Notes: generated from the letters alone by a model not told the origin. DNA of 64,000 nt from an uncultured Candidatus Bathyarchaeia archaeon (GCA_964495315.1 CAZBVH010000001.1:11248-75247), one strand, 5' to 3'; counted from the first letter of the stretch, positions 9,568 to 18,629 are shown. Program-made: numbers and translations.

Positions 9568-10974
9568 CTAGTGCTTGGCTTGCTTTGTCGTCGTCTCGGC
9601 GGCAAGTATCACGGGCTCCCAAGGGGTACAGACGCTCGGGGCGTAGCAGGTGTCTGCCTTGGATAGCTCCCAGACGTTCATCTGTTTCTGTATCGCTATC
9701 GAGACTATATTGATTCTCTGGGTTACCTCCTCTCCGCCAACTATCTGTCCCCCGATTACACGGCCGGTGTCAGGTTCTGCGACGATCTTTACAACTATGT
9801 CCTTTCCCCCTGGATAGTACTCTGCTCTTGTCTTAGAGGCGATAGATCCAGAGATAGTTTCGAGTCCTTCCTGATGGGCGTGAGACTCGGTAAGCCCAGT
9901 TCCCCCTACCTCGAAGCCGAACATCGTCGAGACCACTGAGTCTAGAACTCCTGGGAATACGGAGTGACCGCCAACAGCGTTGGCTCCGGCAACTTTTCCC
10001 TGCCTGGCTGCTGTTGTCCCTAGAGCACTTATGGTCGGTCGACCTGTGACCATGTTTGAACTCTCCACGCAATCGCCGGCAGCATAGACGTGAGGAATTG
10101 AGGTTTCCATCCTCGGGTTGACTTCTATCGCGCCTGTTACTCCAAGTCTCATTCCGATCTCACTTGGAAGCTCAACCCTCGGCACCACGCCGGCTGCAAA
10201 CAGCACTATCTCTGCATCGATCTCCCCTCTCCTCACAACGACTCCACTGACCTCTCCGTCGCCGAGTATCTTCTCCACAGATCTCCCGACCATCACCCTG
10301 AGTCCATGCTCCTCGATCTTCTCCTGTGCGATCTCCGCCATGTCCTCGTCAATCATTCTCGGAAGTATCTGTGGGGAACTTTCGGTGACGGTGGTTTCGA
10401 TATCCCTCCTTACGAGGGCGTGGGCGAGTTCTAGGCCTATGAATCCTGCTCCCACAACTATCGCGGAAGAAGCGTTCTTCATGGCGTCTTGTATCTTCAT
10501 TCCATCCTCGAGGGTTCTGAGGGAAAAGACGCCCTTCTTCTCGATGCCTGGTATTGGAGGGATTCGGGAAGCGGCTCCCGTGGCCAGGATAAGAGAGTCG
10601 TAGTCCAGCGACTCCGTTTCGCCTTCGAGATGTTCGACCTCGATGGTTTTCTCCTTTGGATTGACATGTTTCACCTTGCTTCGTAGGCGTAGATCGATTC
10701 TCATGTCTTCGAAGAATGGAGGGGGAAAGAGCAGGAGCTCCTCAAAGCTTGGGACCTCCCCGCTTAGCACATACGGTAATCCACAACGAGAGTATGGCGG
10801 ATAGGCTTCATCAGATATCAAGGTGATCTCAATGCGTCTGTCCCTCTTCCTGGCTTCCGCGGCTGCGGTGACTCCGGCGGAATTTGCTCCAACGATCACG
10901 ATGCTCTTCTTGCGTGTACGCTTATCCCTACCAACCATACTTCCTCCTCCCAGTCTTTGTCTGAGTGGTTTCAC
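9568..10974 (-). CDS. CoA-disulfide reductase / NAD(P)H sulfur oxidoreductase (pyridine nucleotide-disulfide oxidoreductase)
   Basis: GxGxxG FAD site (IVIVGANSAG), redox-active SRCGLPY cysteine and a second NAD fold. Start may be the internal MVGRD (10938). Confidence 0.8.
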   Translation of the reverse strand: MKPLRQRLGGGSMVGRDKRTRKKSIVIVGANSAGVTAAAEARKRDRRIEITLISDEAYPPYSRCGLPYVLSGEVPSFEELLLFPPPFFEDMRIDLRLRSKVKHVNPKEKTIEVEHLEGETESLDYDSLILATGAASRIPPIPGIEKKGVFSLRTLEDGMKIQDAMKNASSAIVVGAGFIGLELAHALVRRDIETTVTESSPQILPRMIDEDMAEIAQEKIEEHGLRVMVGRSVEKILGDGEVSGVVVRRGEIDAEIVLFAAGVVPRVELPSEIGMRLGVTGAIEVNPRMETSIPHVYAAGDCVESSNMVTGRPTISALGTTAARQGKVAGANAVGGHSVFPGVLDSVVSTMFGFEVGGTGLTESHAHQEGLETISGSIASKTRAEYYPGGKDIVVKIVAEPDTGRVIGGQIVGGEEVTQRINIVSIAIQKQMNVWELSKADTCYAPSVCTPWEPVILAAETTTKQAKH

Positions 10975-11015
10975 CTATACATTTGTATGCGCAGAGATAC
11001 GGGCTAAGTAGCGTG

Positions 11016-11384
11016 CTAGAATGTTATGACTGCGTCAGCCTCCAATAGTAGGTCGTTTAGGGTGGCAGCCCCGACGATCGTTACTGGTTTCTGGATGTTC
11101 CCCTTCTCTATTCCTAGGAGCATGCAGCTCTGGTCGCAGACCATCATGCGTACCCCTGCTCCGACGGCTTGGTCCATGACCTGCTTTAGGGTCGGGAAGC
11201 TTCCGACCTTAATGTTCTCTGCCTCTCCACTCTTCACAACGGTTACTCCCTTGATGACGAAGTATATCGTGGCGTCGATTCCCATCGCCTGTGCTGTCGC
11301 GGCAAGGATGAAGGGGGCGTAGAGCCTCTCCGGGGTATCCGTTCCACTTGTCTGCACATATAGGATCCTCTTTCTCTCTGGCAC
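11016..11384 (-). CDS. DsrE/DsrF-family sulfur-relay protein
   Basis: 122 aa with DsrE-like fold motifs and a conserved Cys in MMVCDQSC. Confidence 0.75.
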   Translation of the reverse strand: MPERKRILYVQTSGTDTPERLYAPFILAATAQAMGIDATIYFVIKGVTVVKSGEAENIKVGSFPTLKQVMDQAVGAGVRMMVCDQSCMLLGIEKGNIQKPVTIVGAATLNDLLLEADAVITF

Positions 11385-11388
11385 TCTC

Positions 11389-11640
11389 TCACCTCCGGCA
11401 GCTGGTCTTCCTTATGAGGAATCTCAGGCCAACCTCCTCTTTCCTGAAGTCTAGGATCTCCTGTCCCATCCTCCTGGCCCAACGCTTGATATCCTCGTCT
11501 GCAGCCGGGTCATCGGCAAGCACCTCCAACACCTCCCCGCTCCTCAGCTTCCCCACCTCGGCGGCGGTCCTGAGTATGGGTTCGGGGCAGCATAGCCCTC
11601 TCAAATCGATCTTCCTCTTAGGGTTGGTTGGCATGTCCAT
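11389..11640 (-). CDS. TusA-like sulfurtransferase
   Basis: 83 aa with the CPxP motif (DLRGLCCPEP). Start is 4 nt upstream of the dsrE-like gene, consistent with an operon. Confidence 0.8.
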   Translation of the reverse strand: MDMPTNPKRKIDLRGLCCPEPILRTAAEVGKLRSGEVLEVLADDPAADEDIKRWARRMGQEILDFRKEEVGLRFLIRKTSCRR

Positions 11641-11692
11641 GATGCACCTCTCTGCACGCTGTGTGCTGCAGTTATGTCAGATACAGATATAT

Positions 11693-11711
11693 CTTTATGA
11701 CGCTGTCATAA
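11693..11711. promoter_or_regulatory. 19 bp palindrome TTTATGAC-gct-GTCATAAA in the divergent tusA-operon / E1 intergenic region
   Basis: Perfect 8 bp inverted arms with a 3 bp spacer, read directly from the sequence. Lies 56 nt from the tusA-like start and about 60 nt from the E1 start. Confidence 0.4.
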
Positions 11712-11769
11712 AAAGAATGCGCTGTATGCCGAAGTAAAAACCAATAAAGTCTCTGAAATGTGAGAAACC

Positions 11770-12861
11770 GTGGGGAATAGATTGGACAAGACAGGGCTAT
11801 CGGAGGAAGATCTCTACACGTATTCAAGACAGATAGTGTTGAGAGAGATCGGTTACGAGGGGCAAGAACGCATACGAGATGCCAAGGTCTGTGTTGTCGG
11901 TCTGGGCGGCCTAGGGTGTCCTGCTGTCTTGCAGCTTGCCGCTATGGGGGTAGGCTATCTGAGGATTGTCGATCGGGATCTTGTAGAACGTTCGAACCTC
12001 CATAGACAGTACCTCTACGATACGAGTCAGCTCGGGCTTCCGAAGGTTGAGGCGGCGATGCTCAAATTGGAGAAACTTAACCCCGATGTCAAGCTGGATC
12101 CTCATCCTCTCTCTGTAGACGGCTCAAACGCAGGAAGGGTCGTTGAGGGAATGGATGTCGTGCTCGATGGGTTAGATAACCTGAAACCCCGGTATGCGGT
12201 CAATCGGGCGTGCGTTGAACATAATATTCCCTACGTGTTTGCAGCCGCCATAGAGACCTTCGGATCTGTGTCAACAATCATCCCTGGAGAGACCTCGTGC
12301 CTGGAGTGCTTCTACTCCGACATCGATGAGGATCTCCTACCCACCTGTTCCGTTGTTGGGGTTCACCCCTCTACTACCTCAATCGTATCGAGCCTAGAGG
12401 TATCTGAGGCGGTTAGAGTTCTTGTCGATACCAAACCCAAACTTGCAGGAAGCCTCCTCTTCTTCGACCTGTCAAATATCGAGTTCGATCGGATCGGTCT
12501 CAAAAGAAGGGAAGACTGTCCTGCATGTGGCGAGAGCCCTGCACAGATTCACAGATTCCGTGAGAGCATTCAGATCGAGGAGGTCTGCAGTCGGGGAGGA
12601 AGAAGGACCTTTATCGCGGTGCCCTGTGAGGACCTGGACCTGGACCTCCGTGTGATTCAGAGAAGGTTAGAGAGGACGATGGGAATGCTGTCCAAGCGGA
12701 CTAAGATGAGTCTAGCTTTCATGTTCAAGCACCGGACACGGACAACGCTCCTTCAGTCCGGAGTATGCATCCTTGAGGGGCGCGTGGACGGAGATGCTGC
12801 TCTGGCGAGTTACCGTCGAATCATGGAAGGTCTTCAGTTGACTGGGTCCCGTCAATCATAG
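11770..12861 (+). CDS. MoeB/ThiF/UbaA-family E1-like activating enzyme with C-terminal extension
   Basis: Rossmann GLGGLGCP nucleotide site and two zinc CxxC pairs (CLEC and CPAC), followed by about 100 aa of unassigned C-terminal sequence. Confidence 0.85.
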   Translation: MGNRLDKTGLSEEDLYTYSRQIVLREIGYEGQERIRDAKVCVVGLGGLGCPAVLQLAAMGVGYLRIVDRDLVERSNLHRQYLYDTSQLGLPKVEAAMLKLEKLNPDVKLDPHPLSVDGSNAGRVVEGMDVVLDGLDNLKPRYAVNRACVEHNIPYVFAAAIETFGSVSTIIPGETSCLECFYSDIDEDLLPTCSVVGVHPSTTSIVSSLEVSEAVRVLVDTKPKLAGSLLFFDLSNIEFDRIGLKRREDCPACGESPAQIHRFRESIQIEEVCSRGGRRTFIAVPCEDLDLDLRVIQRRLERTMGMLSKRTKMSLAFMFKHRTRTTLLQSGVCILEGRVDGDAALASYRRIMEGLQLTGSRQS

Positions 12862-13057
12862 GTGAGGGATTGGTAGATTCATCTTGTTGGCTCCTGGCAA
12901 AACCTCAGAAGCCTCGGTCACGCGAGTAAAGATCCTAGGCCACCCTGTCCAAGGTGAGACGCATCTGCGTGCCTTGGGAGGCAGGCTCCTTGATTATTGA
13001 TGCCTATAATCATCTTGGGGGTCCTGATCGGGGAGACCATGCGAGGCAGTCTCCTGA

Positions 13058-13383
13058 GGAGATCATCGCAAATATGGATCGGTCGGCTGGCTGGTTGCTG
13101 GGATGGATGCGTCTCTGAACGAGAAGACTGGAATCGGGGAGACGAGGCATTCACCGTCAGGCTATGATCTAGTATTACTCGGTGTACCTGCTTGGAACAG
13201 CAGAGTCCTCCAGCGATGAGAACCTACCTCAAGAGGAACGACCTATCGGAGAAGAGGATTGCGTTCTTCTGCACCAACGAGGGATCCGGTGCTGACGATG
13301 CTTTCTCGTGCCTGAGGGCTCTGGCGAGGAATCAGGATCCGGTAGCTCAGCTGGTTGTGGGTGAGGCTCTCAAGGACCGGTAG
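13058..13383 (+). pseudogene. Frameshifted flavodoxin-like (Flavodoxin_4-type) gene remnant, C-terminal half only
   Basis: Frame 2 reads ...YDLVLLGVPAW... and stops at 13217. Frame 1 continues with ...DLSEKRIAFFCTNEGSGADD...VVGEA, the expected downstream flavodoxin motifs. No intact N-terminal half exists upstream. Confidence 0.4.
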
Positions 13384-13543
13384 GGTGCGGAGAGTGAGGT
13401 GGAAGGCTCGTGTAGAGAACTGATTGCGGTCATGGGTAAGGTCAGGAGGCGTTCCACTGCCGAGATATGGTTGAACTCTTTATTCTGATCTTTCTTATGT
13501 TTACCTGCAGTATAGGTAGCCTTCGCGGCTACTGGTTCTCTCT

Positions 13544-14254
13544 TCACCGGGGGCGGGAGCTTTCTCCTTCGATTCTTCCGTCCCTCATGCGGACAATCCT
13601 GTCCGCGAAATCGGCTGCGATAGGATCGTGGGTGACCATGATCACGGTGACCCCTTCCTCCTTGCAGAGGTCCTTCAGTTGGCCTATGACCTCCTGCCCG
13701 GTCTTTGTGTCTAGGTCTCCCGTAGGCTCGTCTGCAAGGATCAGGCTCGGACGATTGGCTAAAGCTCTTGCTATCGCAACCCTCTGCTGTTCTCCCCCGC
13801 TGAGTTCATCAGGTCTATGATCTGCCCGGTCTGAGAGCCCGACCGTCTTGAGTAGCTGGTCTGTTCTCTCCCTGCTCTTCTTCCTGTCCACATTGGCCAG
13901 GTCCATGGGAAGTTCTATGTTCTCTCTGGCTGAGAGGACAGGGATGAGGTTGTAGAACTGGTAGACGAACCCGATCTTATGTCTCCTTATCCTATCCTTG
14001 TCCGACTCTCTCAGCTTCGAGAGGTCCTCTCGGTCAAGGATTATGCTGCCTTCTGTAGGCGTATCCAGGGTTCCTATGAGGTTGAGTAGCGTGGTCTTTC
14101 CGGATCCGGATGATCCCATAACCGCGACGAACTCCCCCTTTTTCACTCTTAGGTCGATTCCGTTTAGGGCTTTAACCTTCAGTTTTCCGAGTGTGTAGAC
14201 CTTGGTTAGGCGGTTCACTTCTAGGATCGATGTCTCGGTCTCGTTTCTTGTCAT
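13544..14254 (-). CDS. ABC transporter ATP-binding protein (MacB/LolD-type)
   Basis: Walker A (GSSGSGKTT), signature LSGGEQQR, Walker B ILADEPTGDLD and H-loop. Confidence 0.9.
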   Translation of the reverse strand: MTRNETETSILEVNRLTKVYTLGKLKVKALNGIDLRVKKGEFVAVMGSSGSGKTTLLNLIGTLDTPTEGSIILDREDLSKLRESDKDRIRRHKIGFVYQFYNLIPVLSARENIELPMDLANVDRKKSRERTDQLLKTVGLSDRADHRPDELSGGEQQRVAIARALANRPSLILADEPTGDLDTKTGQEVIGQLKDLCKEEGVTVIMVTHDPIAADFADRIVRMRDGRIEGESSRPR

Positions 14255-14258
14255 CTGT

Positions 14259-16913
14259 TCACTCGTTCCTCCTTATGGCGTCGACTATGTCTAGTCTCAG
14301 CGCTTTGTACAGGGGATATGCCACGCTGACGACTGATACCCCGAGCGCGAGTATAGTTGCGGTCCTCATTGCTTCCCAGGGTGTTTTGAGTGCCCCGGAG
14401 AAGCCTGTCTGGGCCATCACGAAGGTGATTCCTCTGTAAATGATTAGTCCGGAGATCGTTCCCAGCAGTAGCCCTATTGCTCCAAGTATGATTGCTTCTC
14501 CGACTATCATCTTGTTCACCTGGTTTATGCTCATGCCTTGAGATCGCAGTATACCGATCTCTCTCTTCCGCTCCGATATGTTCATGATCATTATACTTGA
14601 CATGCCGATTGCGGATACCACGACTGAGAAGAGGATCAGGTTGTTGAATAGGTTCCACATCTCATTCATGTTCTTGTCTATTGCCTCGAGGATGTCGATT
14701 CTCGTGATTACTCCGATCCCGTATTTCTTCCCGAATTTCTCGAGAATTCTATCTCTCACGTATCCAATTCTCTCGCTATATTCGGGTTTGACCTTTACGT
14801 AGAACAGTGTTGCCTCGTCCTCGTAGTAACCCCATTGCGCGTTCAGGGTGTGGTATGAGATGTAGCACATCTTGCTCATTGGTCCTCCTGATGGCTGCTG
14901 CATTCCTACTTCGACTATTCCGATGACGTGGAAGATCCTCCATACTGGTTTCCAGATGACGATGTTTGGTGCGATCTCGACTGCTAGCAAAGAGAGGACG
15001 TTGATCTTCGATCCCACTCTCGCCCCCAAAGTTTGGGCAACGCCGCTTTGGAGGATGATTGTGTTTGGGTCATGGAGTCTCTGGTAGACATCGGGCGGGG
15101 TTTCTGGTGTGAAGGTCATATTCATTACTTTGGGGTAGGCACAGTACCTGTCTGAGTAGGCTCCGTTTGGGGTGTGGATCGCGCTCAGGCTGATCGTGAC
15201 ATTCTCGCTTCTTGTCACTGATCGTATCTTTGTGCCGATTATCCGAACTGGGGCAGCCTGCTCAATAAGGGTCCTGTTCTCAAGGCGGGCGAGGTCTTTC
15301 CAGAATTCTCTTTGAAGTGCGTCGTCTCCCGCTATCACCATTATGTCGGATTGGAAGAGGTTGGTGACCGTCTTTTCTATCCCGTTGTTTACGGTATATT
15401 GTACTCCGCCTATCGCGACTATGAAAGACAGGCTTATTGTTATCAGTGTGAAGCAGATGGTTGTCCTTACTAGGTTTCTTGAGAAGTTTCTCGATGCGAG
15501 TCTGCTGATTTTTCCGAATACAGGGTAGAGCGCGTACTCGAAGATCTTCTCTGTGGCTTTTATGAGTCCCGCCGTCATCAGGATGAGACCTGCTATCAAA
15601 GGAGGAATCGAGGCTGCGCCGATTCTCGGGATATCTATGACCTTGGATGCATTGGCGAATCCTTGGAGGTAGACTCCTATGAGGAATAGTGGGGCTCCTG
15701 CTCCAAAAAGTACCCATTGAAGCCTTCTGTGGCCGGTCATTCTCATCGAGGGTCTGAGTGCCTTTAGGATTTCTGTTCTTCCTGCAATAATGGACGGGAT
15801 GAGTCCACCGATCAATGTGGTTAGTAGCCCTGTTGCGACACCGAGGGCTATTGTCTCTGGCTTATAGATAATCGTGATTCCTTGGGACGCGTGGAAGCCT
15901 AGCGTCTTCGAGAAGTATCCTGCTAACAGAAATCCTGTCACTAGCCCTGTGGCTGTTCCCGCTATGCCGAGGAGTATGCTCTCAAACAGGAACATTCGAA
16001 AGACTTGTGTCTTTGAGGCCCCTATGGATCTGATCACCCCTATCTCATAGATCCTCTCCTTCACGTTCATGTAGACTGTATTGAAGACGATGACGAGGGC
16101 GACAACGCTTGTTACAGCCGACATTATGAGCAGTCCACTCCTGAAGCCCTGCATGGCATTCTGCATGCTGTCAAGGATCCTTTCCTTATCGGCGGTTACT
16201 TCATACTCCCCTCCAAGGGCTCTCCTGAGTCTCTCAACTACTTCACGGGTATCCGAAACGCTGTCAACCCGAGCTATTATTCTTGTGAACTTCCCCCAGG
16301 CTCTGGACATCTGCCGGGCCGTTGCAAGGGTTACGTACGCTGTGTATCTCTGGATGAAGAACATTCCTCGGCTCTCAACTGGAAGATGGTATAGACCTAC
16401 CACTTCCAGCCAGTAGTAACTTGACCCCACTCGGACCTTGATTCTCTGTCCAATCGTGTAGTTGAGTCGGTCATCTATGATGATCTTTCCAGGGTCCAGC
16501 GATCTGCTTCCAGTTATGTTTGTGTATTCCGGGTTCAAGTAGTCGAAGTCGCTTGTCGGGTTCACTCCGTTGATTGAGAGTGAGGCTGAGCTTTCCTCCG
16601 TCATGTTCCAGAATATGGCGTGCCCTGAGGCTGTGACTCTGCCTGATGCCTCCGCTACGCCTTTCACCTGCCGGACTTCTGACAGGACCTGCTCACTTAG
16701 TGATGCGCCGGTAGCTGAGTAGACGCTGATGTCTATGGATCCAGATGACCTATTGATGGTGTCAACGAATTGGTTGTAGGCGCTGTCGAAGGCTATGTTG
16801 ACCCCTGTTAGGAGCGCGACGCCGATTATGATGCTCAGGACGGTGAGCGTGTTCCTGAGCTTGCGTCTGGAGAGGCTTCTGAACGCGATTCTTGTGGTGG
16901 ACATATGTGCCAT
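14259..16913 (-). CDS. ABC transporter permease, duplicated FtsX/MacB-like with large extracytoplasmic domains
   Basis: 884 aa. N-terminal TM helix, large extracytoplasmic domain and FtsX 4-TM block, then a second repeat of the same arrangement. Confidence 0.85.
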   Translation of the reverse strand: MAHMSTTRIAFRSLSRRKLRNTLTVLSIIIGVALLTGVNIAFDSAYNQFVDTINRSSGSIDISVYSATGASLSEQVLSEVRQVKGVAEASGRVTASGHAIFWNMTEESSASLSINGVNPTSDFDYLNPEYTNITGSRSLDPGKIIIDDRLNYTIGQRIKVRVGSSYYWLEVVGLYHLPVESRGMFFIQRYTAYVTLATARQMSRAWGKFTRIIARVDSVSDTREVVERLRRALGGEYEVTADKERILDSMQNAMQGFRSGLLIMSAVTSVVALVIVFNTVYMNVKERIYEIGVIRSIGASKTQVFRMFLFESILLGIAGTATGLVTGFLLAGYFSKTLGFHASQGITIIYKPETIALGVATGLLTTLIGGLIPSIIAGRTEILKALRPSMRMTGHRRLQWVLFGAGAPLFLIGVYLQGFANASKVIDIPRIGAASIPPLIAGLILMTAGLIKATEKIFEYALYPVFGKISRLASRNFSRNLVRTTICFTLITISLSFIVAIGGVQYTVNNGIEKTVTNLFQSDIMVIAGDDALQREFWKDLARLENRTLIEQAAPVRIIGTKIRSVTRSENVTISLSAIHTPNGAYSDRYCAYPKVMNMTFTPETPPDVYQRLHDPNTIILQSGVAQTLGARVGSKINVLSLLAVEIAPNIVIWKPVWRIFHVIGIVEVGMQQPSGGPMSKMCYISYHTLNAQWGYYEDEATLFYVKVKPEYSERIGYVRDRILEKFGKKYGIGVITRIDILEAIDKNMNEMWNLFNNLILFSVVVSAIGMSSIMIMNISERKREIGILRSQGMSINQVNKMIVGEAIILGAIGLLLGTISGLIIYRGITFVMAQTGFSGALKTPWEAMRTATILALGVSVVSVAYPLYKALRLDIVDAIRRNE

Positions 16914-16950
16914 TCCAAATAGTCTTGTCTCTTGGGGGTGGGAGGCTCAT

Positions 16951-17208
16951 TTAAGATTTCTTGCCAGGGGATCTTTCGTCTTCTCCGCCAAGGGCTCCCA
17001 TGAGCTTGATGGCGAATTCACGGACGTGGTCGGCTCTCGTGATGACGATGGATTTATGTGGGCCGCCGCCTAGGACGAGCAGTTTCTCCCCTGGTCCGAT
17101 CCCCATCTCTTCTCTTGCCTCTTTGGGTATCACTATCTGCCCCCTCTCACTTATGGTTACGATTCCGTAGATGCGTATCCTTTTCCACAGCTCAGCCATT
17201 CGGATCAC
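16951..17208 (-). CDS. SpoVT/AbrB-family DNA-binding protein (putative regulator of the downstream ABC operon)
   Basis: 85 aa with the swapped-hairpin motif ISERGQIVIPKEAREEMGIGPGEKLLV. GTG start; 37 nt upstream of the permease gene. Confidence 0.7.
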   Translation of the reverse strand: MIRMAELWKRIRIYGIVTISERGQIVIPKEAREEMGIGPGEKLLVLGGGPHKSIVITRADHVREFAIKLMGALGGEDERSPGKKS

Positions 17209-17300
17209 TTGTGCACAGTTTTCATGGAAAAGCTATCTTCATACTTTTCATACAAATCATATTATTAAGTTTTTACCTACTTGAGCATTCGCTGAGACCG
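17209..17300. promoter_or_regulatory. AT-rich divergent promoter region between the abrB-like/ABC operon and the corrinoid methyltransferase operon
   Basis: Local AT content is about 68% (ttttcatacaaatcatattattaagtttttacc), against a window average of about 47%. TATA-like ttattaag and tttttacc elements are present. Confidence 0.35.
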
Positions 17301-17453
17301 CGATGTAGAACCATGCAATTCCGGCTCGAACTGCAACCGCGAGATCCTCTAATGGATCTCGAGGCAATCAAGACCCGAGAGTCCTGTGTGGTGAAAAGGC
17401 TCAGCAAAAGTCTTATCGAGAGTATAGTAACCCTCTCTCCTCGGTGAGGGCAG

Positions 17454-18626
17454 ATGGCTACGACGCGCGACAGGTTGATGGCTGTTCTTGAGGGCAAGGA
17501 GCATCAGAGCGTAGTGTGGTGGCCCAGGATAAGGCACTGGTACGATGTGAACAACTGTGCGAATACGCTTCCCGAGCGATATAGGGGGCTCTACTTAGAT
17601 GAGGTCTACAAAGATCTTGGCGCAACCCCGCGCGAGGTCTGGATAGGGGGTCTATTCGGTGGAGGCGAATACTCTGGAGAGATCGCCTTGGTGACCAGAG
17701 AAGGAAATGATGTGGAGGTATGGGTGAAGCCTGCTAAGGGTCTCTACAAGGACACCTCTGGTGACTTCATCGTCACAAAGTACGTGACCCCGGTGGGCGA
17801 GATGACGCAGGTCGCTAGGAGGACGGAGAGTGGCACTTCCTCTTATACTGTCGAGCACTTCCTCAAGGACCAGGAGAGCATAGACGTCTACAAGTACGTC
17901 TTGGAGCACAGGGAGTATGAGTTCGACTGGCCGCGCTATAGATGGGGTGAGAAGAGGTACGGCGACCAGATCTACCCCAAAGCTGCGACAGAAAGGGAGC
18001 CTCTCCTAAGGCTAGTGATAGGGATGATGGGGCTCAATAGAACGGTGATCTGGCTCTGGAAGCACCAACAGGAGATGGAGGAGCTCATGGAGCTGATGCT
18101 GCAAGACCTTGAGAAACAGATTGAAGCCTATGCTGGTACGCCTGTCGTAGAGTTGTGCATGCCATCAAACACTCACGAATCCCTATGCTCACCAAACCAG
18201 TTCAGGAAGTATATGATACCTCACCTCCAGCGGATCGCAGAGAAGGTTCATGCGGCTGGGAAGTACATCTCATCCCACTGGGACGGCTTTGTGAAGAATC
18301 TACTTCCGCTCCTCAAGGATACGGGGATAGATGGTGTGGAATGTGTAACGCCGAAACCTCAAGGCGACCTTACACTTGAGGAGATGAAGAGATACATAAC
18401 TGATGAGGGCAGGTTTCTCAGGGATGGGCTGCCTGCCGTCCTATTCACGAAGCATCACTCTGTAGGGGAGCTTGAGGCGTTCACACGGCAGATCCTGGAT
18501 ACGCTTGGCGGTTCTGGGCGGCTGCAGCTCGGCGTCTCCGACATGGTTCCCGCGAATGCCGATATTGAGCGGGTTAGGCTCGTAGGCAAGATTGTCGAAG
18601 AATGGAACGAAGAGAGATTCGGGTGA
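17454..18626 (+). CDS. Uroporphyrinogen-decarboxylase (URO-D) family methyltransferase (MtaA/MtbA-like methylcobamide:acceptor methyltransferase)
   Basis: 390 aa URO-D-fold pattern. Lies 3 nt upstream of a corrinoid protein gene. Confidence 0.7.
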   Translation: MATTRDRLMAVLEGKEHQSVVWWPRIRHWYDVNNCANTLPERYRGLYLDEVYKDLGATPREVWIGGLFGGGEYSGEIALVTREGNDVEVWVKPAKGLYKDTSGDFIVTKYVTPVGEMTQVARRTESGTSSYTVEHFLKDQESIDVYKYVLEHREYEFDWPRYRWGEKRYGDQIYPKAATEREPLLRLVIGMMGLNRTVIWLWKHQQEMEELMELMLQDLEKQIEAYAGTPVVELCMPSNTHESLCSPNQFRKYMIPHLQRIAEKVHAAGKYISSHWDGFVKNLLPLLKDTGIDGVECVTPKPQGDLTLEEMKRYITDEGRFLRDGLPAVLFTKHHSVGELEAFTRQILDTLGGSGRLQLGVSDMVPANADIERVRLVGKIVEEWNEERFG

Positions 18627-18629
18627 TCT

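Noticed and set aside
12918-13154. 78 aa minus-strand ORF
   Set aside because: Low-complexity Ser/Pro/Arg-rich translation lying antisense to the flavodoxin-like remnant. No motifs.
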